Of a stretch of DNA of 64,000 nucleotides, positions 17,501 through 30,245 are shown in pieces. A program made the position numbers and the translations under genes. The notes beneath the pieces were generated by a model, which saw nothing but the letters and a program-made list of their open reading frames with translations, was not told the origin of the DNA and ran no database searches. The stretch's first letter is position 1; every line of letters starts with the position of its first letter. The stretch spans positions 416,001-480,000 of the forward strand of contig CP068257.2 of NCBI GenBank assembly GCA_009914755.4, in the 5' to 3' direction. The DNA comes from the human T2T-CHM13v2.0 reference genome, Homo sapiens.

Positions 17501-19898
17501 ATGATTTTCATTTAATGGTGTTCTACAAAGTGAGTTCAGGCAATGAAAGCACACATGTCATCTACAGTTTACCAGAAAGTAGTACCGGTCACCAGCATTG
17601 AAACATACTCCTAACACTGGAAAATTTCTTCAGCAGCCAGAATTAATCTCAGATTTTGAGACTGGAGCAAAGACTAATTTGGTATGTGTTCATTCAGATT
17701 AGTAAATCTCCATGGTGTTCAAACTGTATAATATCAAATCTAAAATAAGTCAAAAGAGTTGAACCATATCTCATCTCTGAGAAAAAAAATGCATTATTTT
17801 CAACAGATTTAAGACTGAATTTAAAATCCAACTGCCTATTCCAGTGTATGTTTCTCTAGAATAAGGCCAAGCCCTACAAATTCTGGATAGTGTCCTCCAA
17901 GTTGTGTTTAAGTGATAATTGATAAATCTATGGTTTAGATACATATGGAATTCCATATAACTCTAGCTCCAGCCTTTGTGAGTAAAAATTGGCAGTGATC
18001 ATGGCCTTAATGGGGGCATGTGGTTAATTGGAATTTTCAGTACCAAAAGTCGTCTTCTTACTAGTTTATCAGGGTACCTTATAATAGTATCCGTAACTCA
18101 TTGCCCACTTGTCTGTTTTGATTTCTTTTTTAAAAAGACAATTTTAAACTTAGAGGATTTGTACCTCAAGTCACATATGCGGCACATTTATAAAATAATC
18201 ATGCCTTTGCATATTTTTCCTTTGATATCTTAGCTATATATCCAAGCCATTTATGTTTTTTAATTGCCACAAATATTGCACTGAAATAGAGCACTAGTTG
18301 CAAAAATGCCTGGTATAACATTTCTTCTTGTACTTGAAAGTTATTTTAATACCCCATGTTTAAGATATTCCTAGACAACTATATGTAACTATAATTATTT
18401 CTGCTAGGTAGAAACATCTTTGTGGTCAACATTTGTGAAGTGCCTTGTAAATAAAAACATGCTTGAGTAGAAATAGTATTTTGCAAATATAGCCCTAAAT
18501 AGAGCTACTGATTTTACCAAGAATTAAAGACTCCAAACTCTGTCTTTGTCTTTCAAATTTGGTTTATAGGAACATCTCATTACAATGAGCAAAAAGCCTA
18601 TATGATCATTAATGAGATAATTTTGACACTTCTAAATGACACAGCTAATTTGTAGTAGGTTTTTGAAGTGCAAATTACATGTTTCTGTTTAAATAATGAC
18701 AGTAAAATATAGACACTATGTATTCACACTCTATATACACAACTAACTCCAACTTGTCTCTAGAAGAAAAGTTTAATTTTTCAGGTCTCATCCATAAAAT
18801 GAAGTGTTAATAAGCTGTATCTTTATTCTCACTTTTAAGTAATTTCTTCTTAACCATTGTATAACACTACTACAGTTTGTATGGAGATAAAATAACTCAT
18901 TGTGAGAAATCCAGTTCTTTAAAGAAATGATTTTACCTTCAATCACTTTTAGGATATCTATGGTTTTAGAGTAAGGATGAAAATTTATAAACATTTGTTA
19001 AATTATGCAACTGTTTTTGAAGATGTTTCAAAATTACACTTTCCTTATTTTACAACTAGTTTTCATATATTCACAAATGAGACACATGAGAATTATTAAT
19101 GCAAAAGCATAGCATATCAATAAAGTTTATAATGTAAATAGTTTAGTTAGGAAAGAATGTAATGAGTGAATTATCAAAGCTATTTTATTGGTTCCTAGAT
19201 TTACCATAGAAGAAAATAAAGCAGCCTTATAAAAATTTCTCAGCACTGAGTCCATTTAAGGTCTATTTTGTATGCTGTAAGTTCTACAAAATGTTATTGC
19301 TGGTAAAAATAGGGTACATATCTAAAATTGTCTTTTTAAAGGTTCTTTCTTATTCTTCTTCCCTTCCTATGTGTGCACAGAATAATGTCATCGTCTTGAT
19401 TGGAACACTGTCTCTCTTTCTCAGAGGGTGTACATTTGTAGAAGGGAGAAAATATTTGTTAATTTTGCTTCCTATAAAATAAGGTCTCAATGGTTGAAGG
19501 TCAGTTAACAAACTTTTTTTTTGGTCTTCATACTATTATCTTGGAATTACCAACTGGCTTCTATTTAGATTTTGAATAATGAAAGAAAAGAACTAGCATT
19601 TGTTAGAACTTACTGTGTTCCAGAAACTTTACTGATGCCATTTCTTCTCATTATCACATTCATTCTTTCAATTAGTATTATTTTTTTCCATCTTAATAAG
19701 GTGGGACCAGAGGTTTTGTAATATCCACTAACCCACTGTGGATTTCATGGCTTGCAAGAGGAAGAAAGCATGGTGGAACTCAGGTTTCTCGGATTCCAAA
19801 TTCACATCCTTTCATGTCTCCATGAAAAATAGAAAAGATAAATTGGGCTCTATTTTAACAAGAAAAACACAATTTTTCGTCATTTAAATGAATAATTC

Positions 19899-20016
19899 TT
19901 TTTTATTTTATTTTATTTTATTTTTATTATTATACTTTAAGTTTTAGGGTACATGTGCACATTGTGCAGATTAGTTACATATGTATACATGTGCCACGCT
20001 GGTGCGCTGCACCCAG
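19899..20016 (-). mobile_element. Very short (~118 bp) L1 3'-terminal insertion with a perfect 14-bp target-site duplication
   Basis: 'ttttttattttattttattttatttttattattatactttaagttttagggtacatgtgcacattgtgcagattagttacatatgtatacatgtgccacgctggtgcgctgcaccca' is the reverse complement of the L1 3' end. 'taaatgaataattc' is present at 19885-19898 and again at 20023-20036. Confidence 0.85.
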
Positions 20017-21479
20017 ATACCTAAATGAATAATTCTTAAACCTCAAAAATAAAACGTAGCAAAACCTCAATTCAAGAGTAGACATAAAGGTTGTGACATG
20101 GGTAGCAGGGACATATGTCTAATGACATACATATTCTATGCATATCTGACCAAAAATCTCCCTCATGATTTTCAAATCAGATGCATAACTACATTTAATG
20201 AATTTCACGAATCATTAATATCAGGCTCTGAAAACAGGATCATTAAAAATGATTAAGATTTTCAACAACAAAGATCTTATCTAAATAGTAAGGAAATTAT
20301 ATTAGATGGCTCCATTCCCTGGGCAGTCTAATTAACAATTCAACTTGTTCAAAGCTATTAAATATGACAACTTAAAAAATTATGAAAGTTTTTCTAACTT
20401 TGTGCTTAAGATAGTTGGCCATTCTTCCTCTTGGGAAAAAGAAGCGCAGATTTTCTGTCGAAGCATTTTGCTATTGCTTTTCAATTTCCTTTTATGGAAA
20501 ATAGATAAAATAGCAATTTTTTAATTATAAATTTAAAGTCAAAATGGAGATAATTAAGTATCTCCATTAATTAAGTAAATATTATTTTTTTAAAAAATAG
20601 CATTTACTAAATTCTAATCTATCAATTGATTGACTATTTTTATCCCTGGCTCAATGTAACTCTCTTTGACATATTCTTGTCTTAATTCTAGTTTATGTCA
20701 ACAATGTGTAATCATAGATGACTCTTTGCCATTTTCATCTCTCAGTTCTATGAACACCTTTGATCTAACGATAATGTTTTCCAAAAGAATTATTTCTACT
20801 CAAACTTCTGAGATCAAATTTGTAGATTTAGTCTCACCCCAATCAATTCTTCAACTCTCAGGACACCAAATGGTGTCCTACAATTCAATTCAATCCTGAG
20901 ACTATCTATCTGGAGATAACATCAGATCCCAAAAGTTCAGGGATCAGGCCCACAAGACTGACCCCCACCATTAGAGAGGAGTTGTCGGCCTCCCGTACTC
21001 CTGACCAACTGTCTATAAATTAGGACTTCCATGGATTCCTTCCCCAGGTTCTATAATTTGCTAAGATGGCGCACAGAACCCAAGAAAGCACTTTGCTTAC
21101 AGTTACTGTCTGATACAAATCAGGAACTGTCAAATAGAAGAGACACATAGGGCCAGGTATGGTGAAAAGGGGCACAAAGCTGCCATATGACCTCTAAGTA
21201 TATCACTGTATCACGCTCCCAGCACCTCAGAGGTGATGGAGGAGAGAGCTGACAGTTTCAACCATCTAGTTATGCCTTCATGTTTCTGATGTCCAGCACC
21301 CACCCTGAAGCTATACGGGTCTCCAGCCACCACTCATGTCATGTCAATAGCATAAACTCAGGTATGGCTAAGAGGGACTTATGACTAGTAAAGGATGGTC
21401 CTCTCATCTCTATCAGGAAATTACAAGTTTTAGGAGCTCTGTACTGTGAACTGGGGAGGAAGACCAAATAGGACATAGC

Positions 21480-21700
21480 CTAGACCAGTTGTGCTAACTA
21501 CTGTGTGCCTCAAAATTGCCTACAGTTGTGTTACAATAAGAGATTGCTGAGACCTGCTATTGGAATTTCAGATTTGGTAGATCTGGGGGTGTAACCTGAG
21601 AATATGCAGTTCTAGTAAGTTCCCAGGTGATGCTGATGCTGCTAGCACAGGGACCACACTTCCAGACGGACTGAGTGAAACATCGTCGTTACTTATAATA
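21480..21700. repeat. Probable ancient interspersed-repeat fragment (family unassigned)
   Basis: 'tctgggggtgtaacctgagaatatgcagttctagtaagttcccaggtgatgctgatgctgctagcacagggaccacacttc' resembles a motif I recognise from old human interspersed repeats, but I cannot name the family. The flanks from 20.9 to 22.7 kb look like decayed repeat sequence. Confidence 0.3.
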
Positions 21701-23243
21701 GGAACTTCTCTGGAGTCACAATTTCATTCATCCCATTCTCTGAGCTCCTCCTTTAATCATTCCCTTTCATACGCTGACATAAAATTTTTCAATCTCTCTG
21801 AGACCTCCAAACTATTATTTTATCATATTCACAATGACCCTTACCTACTTGATGTACTCTATTTCCTGTTCTCCTGCCTAAATTCCATGGCCAACCATTC
21901 CCGGGAAACTTCAACTTCCTTGTTTCTCTTTCACTTTGCTGAATCTAACCAGGAAAATAACCCTGGTTAGATCCAAATTTCCACCAAATCCCCACATATA
22001 TTTGAGCAACTAGCTATATGGATCAAATTGAAAAATATCCCACTTGAAAATGAGAATCTCAGTGCTGCCTATCAATCAATCATACTACATATGTTCCAAT
22101 CTATTCACTCTCTAATTTACCTAGTTTTGTACCTTATCCTGTCTCTAATCCCTAACACTTCCCCAGAAATCCTCAATGTCTTTTTGGTTGTGCTTCCCTG
22201 AGAACATTGAATCATCCAAAGACAACTTCCACAGACTCCTGAAACCATTTAAACTCACTTTCCCATGTCTACACCCACATACTCTCCATTTTCACCTATT
22301 ATTATCTGTGAAATAACTGGCCCCTATCTGTATATTGTCTGATGATGATTTCTATATTACATGTGAAGAAAATGAGAATAGGGTTAGAGCTACTTTCTCA
22401 TTATAGCATAGCTTAGAATCAAATCCACGCAGTCCACCACTGAAACTGGGGTTCCAAGTCAGTGTATTTGGAGAAGGAGAGCTAGTAGAAAAATAAGGAT
22501 GAAAAGATCCAGGATGAAGATTCTGATGGAAGAAAAGGACATTTTTACTATTATGAACTCCTTGAAGTAGACCTTAAGCATTCTCATCTGGACAAATATC
22601 CATTCATCCACTCCAGTGAGCTGATTAAGTTTTAGGATTTTAAGGGTCAGTGAACACTTATTCCTCATTCAGCAGTTAAAGAAGGATTAATATGAATATT
22701 ATCTTGGAGAAGTTTCATTTAAAACATATTTGATTGATTTTTGGCAATTGTCTTCTATCAGATCTTTACCAATCCATATGAGTTGGTAGGAAGGGAGAAA
22801 ACACAAAATTTAATCAGATGCCTGAAGTTAGGGAACATTTTATAACCAACTCAGGGGGAAAAATGCTCAAAAGGGGAAAGATGAGGACAGAAAATACATT
22901 TCAAAGATTTTAACTTTTTGACAAAATGTCAATTCTATGCAAGAAAAACTGATTGTGTGAATATAACTTTGTCATTTACATCTGCCAATGTGTTCAGAAA
23001 TATACAACCTATATTTTTTTAATAGTAGTTTGTTAACACAAAATGTATTCATCAAAATATCTAAAACATTCTAAAAATACTAAAAATTTTCAATTTAAAG
23101 ATTAAGCTAAACAGCTCTGTATATATAAGTAAGCTCAAACAAACGTGCATGCTCCCCAACAATGACACTGCTACAGATATTGACTGGTGGTTTTGGTTTC
23201 ATTTCATTTTATAATGGCAAATCTGGTTAAGACCCAGATTCTG

Positions 23244-23538
23244 GGCTGGGCGCAGTGGCTCACGTCTGTGATCCCAGCACTTTGGGAGGCTGAGGCAGGC
23301 AAATCACAAGGTCAACAGATCGGGACCATCCTGGCCAACATGGTGAAACCCCATCTCTACTAAAAAAAATACAAAAATTAGCTGGGCATGGTGGCACGTG
23401 CCTGTAGTCCCAGTTACTTGGGAGGCTGAGGCAGGAGAATCACTTGGACCTGGGAGGCAGAGGTTGCATGAGCCGAGACTGTGCCACTGTACTCCAGCCT
23501 GGTAACAGAGAGATACTCCATCTCAAAACAAAACAAAA
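23244..23538 (+). mobile_element. Alu element with 11-bp target-site duplication (cccagattctg)
   Basis: Near-consensus Alu: 'ggctgggcgcagtggctcacgtctgtgatcccagcactttgggaggctgaggcaggcaaatcacaaggtcaacagatcgggaccatcctggccaacatggtgaaaccccatctctactaaaaaaaatacaaaaattagctgggcatggtggcacgtgcctgtagtcccagttacttgggaggctgaggcaggagaatcacttggacctgggaggcagaggttgcatgagccgagactgtgccactgtactccagcctgg'. 'cccagattctg' lies immediately 5' (23233-23243) and 3' of the A-tail (23540-23550). Confidence 0.95.
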
Positions 23539-23550
23539 CCCCAGATTCTG

Positions 23551-25325
23551 AACTGACTCTCACAATAAGGATCTCAATTGCTTCAAAGAGAATAAAATAC
23601 CTAGAAATCCAACTTACAAGGGATGTGAAGGACCACTTCAAGGAGAACTACAAACCACTGCTCAATGAAATAAGATACAAACAAATGTAAGAACCTTCCA
23701 TGCTCATGGGTAGGAAGAATCAATATTGTGAAAATGGCCATACTGCCCAAGGTAATTTATAGATTCAATGCCATCCCCATCAAGCTACCAATGACTTTCT
23801 TCACAGAATTGGAAAAAACTACTTTAAACTTCATACGGAACCAAAAAAGAGCCTGGATTGCCAAGTCAATCCTAAGCCAAGAGAACAAAGCTGGAGGTAC
23901 CACGCTGCCTGACTTCAAACTATACTACAAGGTTACAGTGACCAAAACAGCATGGTACTGGTACCAAAAGAGAGATAGAGGCCAATGGAACAGAACATAG
24001 CCCTCAGAAATAATGCCACATGTCTACAGCTATCTGATCGTTGACAAACCTGACAGAAACAAGAACTAGGGAAAGGATTCCCTATTTAATAACTGGTGCT
24101 GGGAAAACTAGCTAGCCATATGGATCCCTTCCTTACACCTTACACCTTATACAAAAATTAATTCAAGATGGATTAAAGATTTACATGTTAGACCTAAAAC
24201 CATAAAAACCCTGGAACAAAACTAGGCAATACTATTCAGGACATAGGCATGGGCAGGGACTTCATGTCTAAAACACCAAAAGCAATGGCAACAAAAGCCA
24301 AAATTGACAAATGGGATCTAATTAAACTAAAGAGCTTCTGCACAGCAAAAGAAACCACCATCAGAGTGAACAGGCAGCCTACAGAATGGGAGAAAAGTTT
24401 TGCAATCTACTCACCTGACAAAGGGCAAATATCCAGCATCTACAATGAACTCCAACAAATTTACAAGAAAAAAGCAACCCCATCAAAAAGTGGGAGAAGG
24501 ATATGAACAGACACTTCTCAAAAGAAGACATTTATGCAGCCAAAAAACACATGAAAAAATGCTCACCATCACTGCCTATCAGAGAAATGCAAATCAAAAC
24601 GACAATGAGATACCATCTCCCACCAGTTAGAATGGCAGTCATTAAAATGTCAGGAGACAACAGGTACTGGAGAGGATGTGGAGAAATAGGAACACTTTTA
24701 CACTGTTGATGGGACTGTAAACTAGTTCAAACATCGTGAAAGTCGGTGTGGGGATTCCTCAGGGATCTAGAACTAGAAATACCATTTGACCCAGCCATCC
24801 CATTACTGGGTATATACCCAAAGGATTATAAATCATGCTGCTCTAAAAACACATGCACACGTATGTTTATTGTGACACTATTCACAATAGCAAAGACTTG
24901 GAGCCAACCCAAATGTCCAAAAATGATAGACTGGATTAAGAAAATGTGGCACATATACACCATGGAATCCTATGCAGCCATAAAAAATGATGAGTTCATG
25001 TCCTTTGTAGGGACATGGATGAAGCTGGAAACCATCATTCTCAGCAAACTATCACAAGGACAAAAACCAAACACCACATGTTCTCACTCATAGGTGGGAA
25101 TTGAACAATGAGAACACATGGACACAGGAAGGGTAACATCACACAATGGGGACTGTTGTGGGGTGGGGGGAGGGGGGAGGAATTGCATTAGAAGATATAC
25201 CTAATGTTAAATGATGAGTTAATGGGTGCAGCACAACAACATGGCACATGTATACATATGTAACAAACCTGCACGTTCTGCACATGTACCCTAAAACTTA
25301 ATGTATAATAATGATAATTAAAAAA
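23551..25325 (+). mobile_element. 5'-truncated L1PA 3' portion (~1.77 kb: ORF2 C-terminal third plus 3'UTR plus poly-A)
   Basis: + ORFs 23728-24000 ([33 protein letters not shown]...), 24249-24506 ([49 protein letters not shown]...) and 24746-25093 (...[25 protein letters not shown]...[55 protein letters not shown]...) match the C-terminal third of L1 ORF2p. The 3'UTR ends 'gcacatgtaccctaaaacttaatgtataataatgataattaaaaaaag'. Confidence 0.95.
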
Positions 25326-27415
25326 AGAAATGAAAACATATGTCCACACACACACAAAAAAAAGAAAAAAACTAAGGATCTCAAAGAGGTCAATATGTAT
25401 ATAATCTATTCTTAAAGAAAAATTTTCTCCAATTGTTTATTGAAATATCACACAGGCTCTGACTTTGTTTATATCCTTAAAAAGTATGTAGATTTATTTG
25501 TAGCTTTTGTAAAGTGAAAGCTCAGAATGTCTACTCTGTTCTGGTACCACTTTAGTTTAATTGTTGGAAAATATTTAATAAAAATGAATTACTCAACAAA
25601 TGGAAAATTTGAATTTGCATACTAAATTTTTACTTCATATTATCAACTCTTGAAAAATAAGTGTGTATATTAGAAATGACACTCATTTGACTATACCATA
25701 ATATATTTCAGACTTTTTGTCTTCAGCTACAGAATTTCTCCATCCTTTGAATTATGTTAGCGGGCTTTAGTTGGCCAGTATTGGTGATTCGCCTCCACTA
25801 ATTCACAACTCTATTATTTTACCCCTGGGGATGCATTTCCATAGTTCTGCCTTGTTATGAGTGTCATTTTTTTCTTCTGTTTTGTTGACTGCCATTCAAA
25901 TAGTTTTGGCTTTATCAGAGATTTTCACTTTATTGTTTGTCACCCCCTCATTTTTTTAGCTTCTCATAATTTACTGTATTATATCTGCCTGGGCTTTTGG
26001 TTCCTTTACAGATGTGTTTCACTTTATTTTTAGCTTATGATACTTCTAAATCTGTACCCTTTTAATTTTCACTTGCTTCATCGTCACATTCTTGTGTGTT
26101 GTTTTCATTTCAAAATACCAGAAAGTAGGATGTCTCAGCATCTTGGTGAGTGGAATAGTTTATTTATAATCCAAAAAAACTCCATACTTTTTGTGAGCTA
26201 TCTGCTTCTAAGTAAAAATTTTATATATAAATTCTTGAAAAAAAATCTTAAACTTCTAAGGGATTGAATGAGATTTTAAAAAACATTCTATACAACAATG
26301 GGTGCAAAATTTGTATTCCTCTACTCAAGAGAAATAATGAACATTTGTTATTAGTTTACTAACATCTAAATGTTAATGTATTCAATTATATATTATTAAA
26401 ACACGATTAAGCTTAATAGGTGGAAAAGTATAAAACAAACAAGTGTATAATTTACCTTTATTAATATGAAACATCTTTTTCTCTCCTGAAAATAAAGATT
26501 AACCAGTGGTGTGCTGGGGCGGGAGGGGGTGTGTTGGAGGAAGAAAAGGTATGATTTGCCAATTTAAGCACAAAACTGAAAATGCTTATTAACCTTTACT
26601 AGCTCCAGATATCTTTTAACATATATTGAAATTTATGACCCTTAAAAAGAAAACATATATAGAGATTTTGACAAAACTTTGCAGTTCCACTCATGGATCC
26701 TTGTATAAGAATCCCTTTTATATGTGTGTTTGCAATTTAAAGAGTTCAGACTTTATGATTCACAGGTGACAATTAATGATTTAAAATCAACACTTAGGCT
26801 TTTATAATTTGGGAGTCAGGTGTTTAACTGTTGTAGTATAACTGCTTCTTCTCAGAGAAACTTAGGAACTAAGACCAGGGAAATGTCCCTTGGTGTGCAA
26901 CACACCTCTTCTTTCTGAACATGTCGTATAAGAAGCTAACTTTGTCTCAAAGTTTATATGACTTTTGCATTTGCAGTTACTAGCTATTTTCTTTTGGAAC
27001 TGTAGGACTTGGAGAACTTTCCCTCTACCCTCTGAAGGTATGATAACTGAGTCTATGAAATAAATGGATAACAGGCATGTCAAAAGAAGAAAAGGTATAC
27101 ACATTTATTACACGCATGGGGGAATCACAGGAAAGAAAAGTGGAATCAAAAACAAAACAAAACAAAACAAACAAAACACCACCAAGAAAAAACCCCAGTG
27201 AGATTTAGGAGCATATAGGGAAGGCAGGAGGAAGAATGTAGGAAACTTAGGGGAGAGCAAATGACTTTTGGGAAAGATGACCAGACCCTTAGGAGAATAG
27301 ATGATAGTTTGTGGCAGTCTGTCTTGGTGTGGTATGGACCCTTAGTCTTGTCTCCTGTGATATAAGGAGTCAATTTTCCCTGGCTGATGCAACTCCTAGG
27401 AAGGAGATGAATGTC

Positions 27416-27568
27416 TTTGTGCTCACAAGACAGTATCTTGAAGCTTTGTTTTCCAGTTCAGTTCTAAATCTTCAGTGTATAAAAATCTCCTCATCATGCT
27501 TTGGATGTTATGGTAGATAAATGGTATCTTTACAAAGATACATTCATTCTGGTATTGAAAGTTCCTTT
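27416..27568 (+). repeat. Copy 1 of a ~150-bp low-copy dispersed duplication
   Basis: 'ctttgtgctcacaagacagtatcttgaagctttgttttccagttcagttctaaatcttcagtgtataaaaatctcctcatcatgctttggatgttatggtagataaatggtatctttacaaagatacattcattctggtattgaaagt' is about 90% identical to 28160-28312 in the same orientation. Confidence 0.75.
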
Positions 27569-28159
27569 TGGAGGATCTCTCTTGAGGAACGTAAAGGGAG
27601 TGCAGAGAAAGCACGTCCCGCATTTGTTGTTTTTCAAATATTTTCAGTTCAATGTAATCAGTACACCAAAGTAATCCATTCAGGACTGGCATTTCCTGAA
27701 CACCTTCAGAACTCTTTTTGATCCCATGTTATTTCTATGAGATCACGTGATTTAAGACCAACTTTTACTTGCCACTTACACATATATTGAAAAGGCAAAC
27801 TTTCCTTTCATAGTTTGCTAATTTTGGCAAAGTACTTTAACAAAAGTTAAATTAAATGAGTAAGTGAAATTTTCTGTTCTATTGTTTTGAAAACAATTCT
27901 AGAAGCTGTCCTTGTAAGAACAGCAAAAAGAGAAAAAGATAATTCTCAACTGCTATTTCAACCATTCTTTGCTTAACAATGAATCTAATTAAAAGGCAAA
28001 ACTCTCTATTTCAGGTTTATATGTGTCAATTGCTTGATTAGAAAGTAAATTATTTACCACATATAATCTGGTGTCAAAAAACTTATAATAAAATTACTTT
28101 GATTTTATTGCATATAAGTTTGTGAATTTAAATCTCAACTGACAGTGATGAATTTATTT

Positions 28160-28312
28160 GCTTTGTGCTGACAAGGCAGTATCTTGAAGTTTTGTTTTCC
28201 AACTCAGTTCTAAATCTACAGTGTATCAAAATCTCCTCGTTATGCTTTGGGTGTTATGGTACATAAATGGTATCTTCACAAAGATACATTCATTCTGGTA
28301 CTGAAAGTGCCT
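28160..28312 (+). repeat. Copy 2 of the ~150-bp duplication
   Basis: 'ctttgtgctgacaaggcagtatcttgaagttttgttttccaactcagttctaaatctacagtgtatcaaaatctcctcgttatgctttgggtgttatggtacataaatggtatcttcacaaagatacattcattctggtactgaaagt'. Confidence 0.75.
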
Positions 28313-29892
28313 ACTTAAAATTCTGCATGAACAGTTTTATTGAAAAAATATGTAGACAAGCCATTAATTATACACAGTGATTTGGAACAAATTCTTACAA
28401 GAAGCATAGCGTGTCTTCCATTAACTGTATACAATTTATAAAAAGTTACTGAAAGTCTTCCTGAAGTTAAACAATAAATCTTTTAAATTTAACCACTGTG
28501 CTCCCTCAAAGGTAATTTTTTCTTTATGACACTCACTTAGGGGATACAGTCAGATCTCAGCCTACTTTAAACAATTAGGCAGTATTTTTAGTGCACTTTT
28601 CTGTTTGTTAAAAAGCTAGTTGTCAAGAATAAGTTGCTCATATATCTTCCTCAATTACTTTTTATTTTGTTTTGTAATTATTATTCTATTTTGGTTTTCC
28701 TTTAGAATTGTGAAATATCTTGAATCAGAAATTGCAGAGAATATATAAATGAGTAAGAATGCACTCTGCAATCAAACTAGATCTCGAAAGTGTTTTGTTG
28801 TAGTTTATACCTTGAATTCGAAGGCCATTCTATACAAGGCACTTGAAAAATTTTCAAGCTCATATATTTCATAATAGTACAGAATTTATTGTTCTTTTAT
28901 TTGCAAGGAGATAGACCAGATAAAATGTCACTTTATTTTTTACAATGTTGACTTTGATATTCTAAACTTGTCAGTTTATACAGATTAATGAAGACTCCAT
29001 ACATGTAAAATTCACTATATATTTTTTTCTGGTATGAGAGTCTAAACAAATAGTAACAACATACCCAAACAGGTAAAGTAAAAATATACAATAGCTTGAC
29101 AAAAAAAAAGAAGAAAAAATAAACCCCTATACATTCCTTAACATTTAAATCTTTGAGGACCAAATTGGATTCAAAAGAAACATTTCTGGTGGGCAGGGAA
29201 AGGGCTAAAAATCTAAAGTATATAATAAGTAAATTCCTCATTGGTATAAAATATATGACCAGCATGACATTTCAATACATGTTCAAGTTTTCTGAAAAAA
29301 GTTCTAGGATAATAGGATTTCAACTTTTGATTCTACAGATATCATTCTTGTGATTGGTATGGGAGAATCATCCTCTTCATGTATTAGTGGATTCAAATGA
29401 AAAAAAATCAGGCAGCTAGTTCCTTTCCAAGAAGCCTTAGAGATTGTTGTACATAAAAATAGCCATATTTCTGATTCAAATTTTAATTAGAGAATTCTCT
29501 TTATTCCCTCTTCGGCATAAAATTATGCACTGGCACTCTGCTCTGCAGACAAGTAAAACTTCTTATCTGTCATAATTTGAGATACCCAAGACTCAGAAGA
29601 TATTATCTCCTAGCTGAAAGTCCCCAAAAACTTCTCAAGACAAAAAAAAACAAAAAGTTAAATACACAGAGATAGAGTATAAAACAGTGGTTACCAGGGG
29701 CTGGGGGTGAGAAGAGAAAATGGAGAGAGAGAATTCAAAGGATGCAAAGTTGCAGATATGTAGAATTAACAAGTTGAGGGATCTAATATACAACATGAGG
29801 ACTGTAGGTATTAATATTTATTGTATATGGCATTTAACTAAAAGGGTAGTTTGTAGGTACTCTTTCCTCACACACATATCCAAAAGAAAGGT

Positions 29893-30245
29893 AACTGAGA
29901 TTTTCAAAGGGAATGCTTCCAGGTTTTGCCCATTCAGTATGATATTGGCTGTGGGTTTGACATAAATAGCTCTTATTATTTTGAGATACATCCCATCAAT
30001 ATCTAATTTATTGAGAGTTTTTAGCACGAAGGTTGTTGAATTTTGTCAAAGGGCTTTTCTGCATCTATTGACATAATCATGTAGTTTTTGACGTTGGTTC
30101 TGTTTGTATGATGGATTATGTGTATTGATTTGTGTATGTTGAACCAGCCTTGCATCCCAGGGATGCAGCCCATTTGATCATGGTGGATAAGCTTTTTGAT
30201 TTGCTGCTGGATTCGGTTTGGTAGTATTTTATTGAGGATTTCGCA
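29893..30245 (-). mobile_element. Internal L1 ORF2 (reverse-transcriptase region) fragment abutting the satellite array
   Basis: Minus-strand translation (ORF 30021-30386) reads ...[44 protein letters not shown]....[17 protein letters not shown]..., which is L1 ORF2p RT domain sequence. The nucleotide sequence parallels 8599-9480 of the full-length L1 in this window. It is truncated at both ends, and the 5' side (in the L1 sense) runs directly into (GGAAT)n. Confidence 0.85.
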
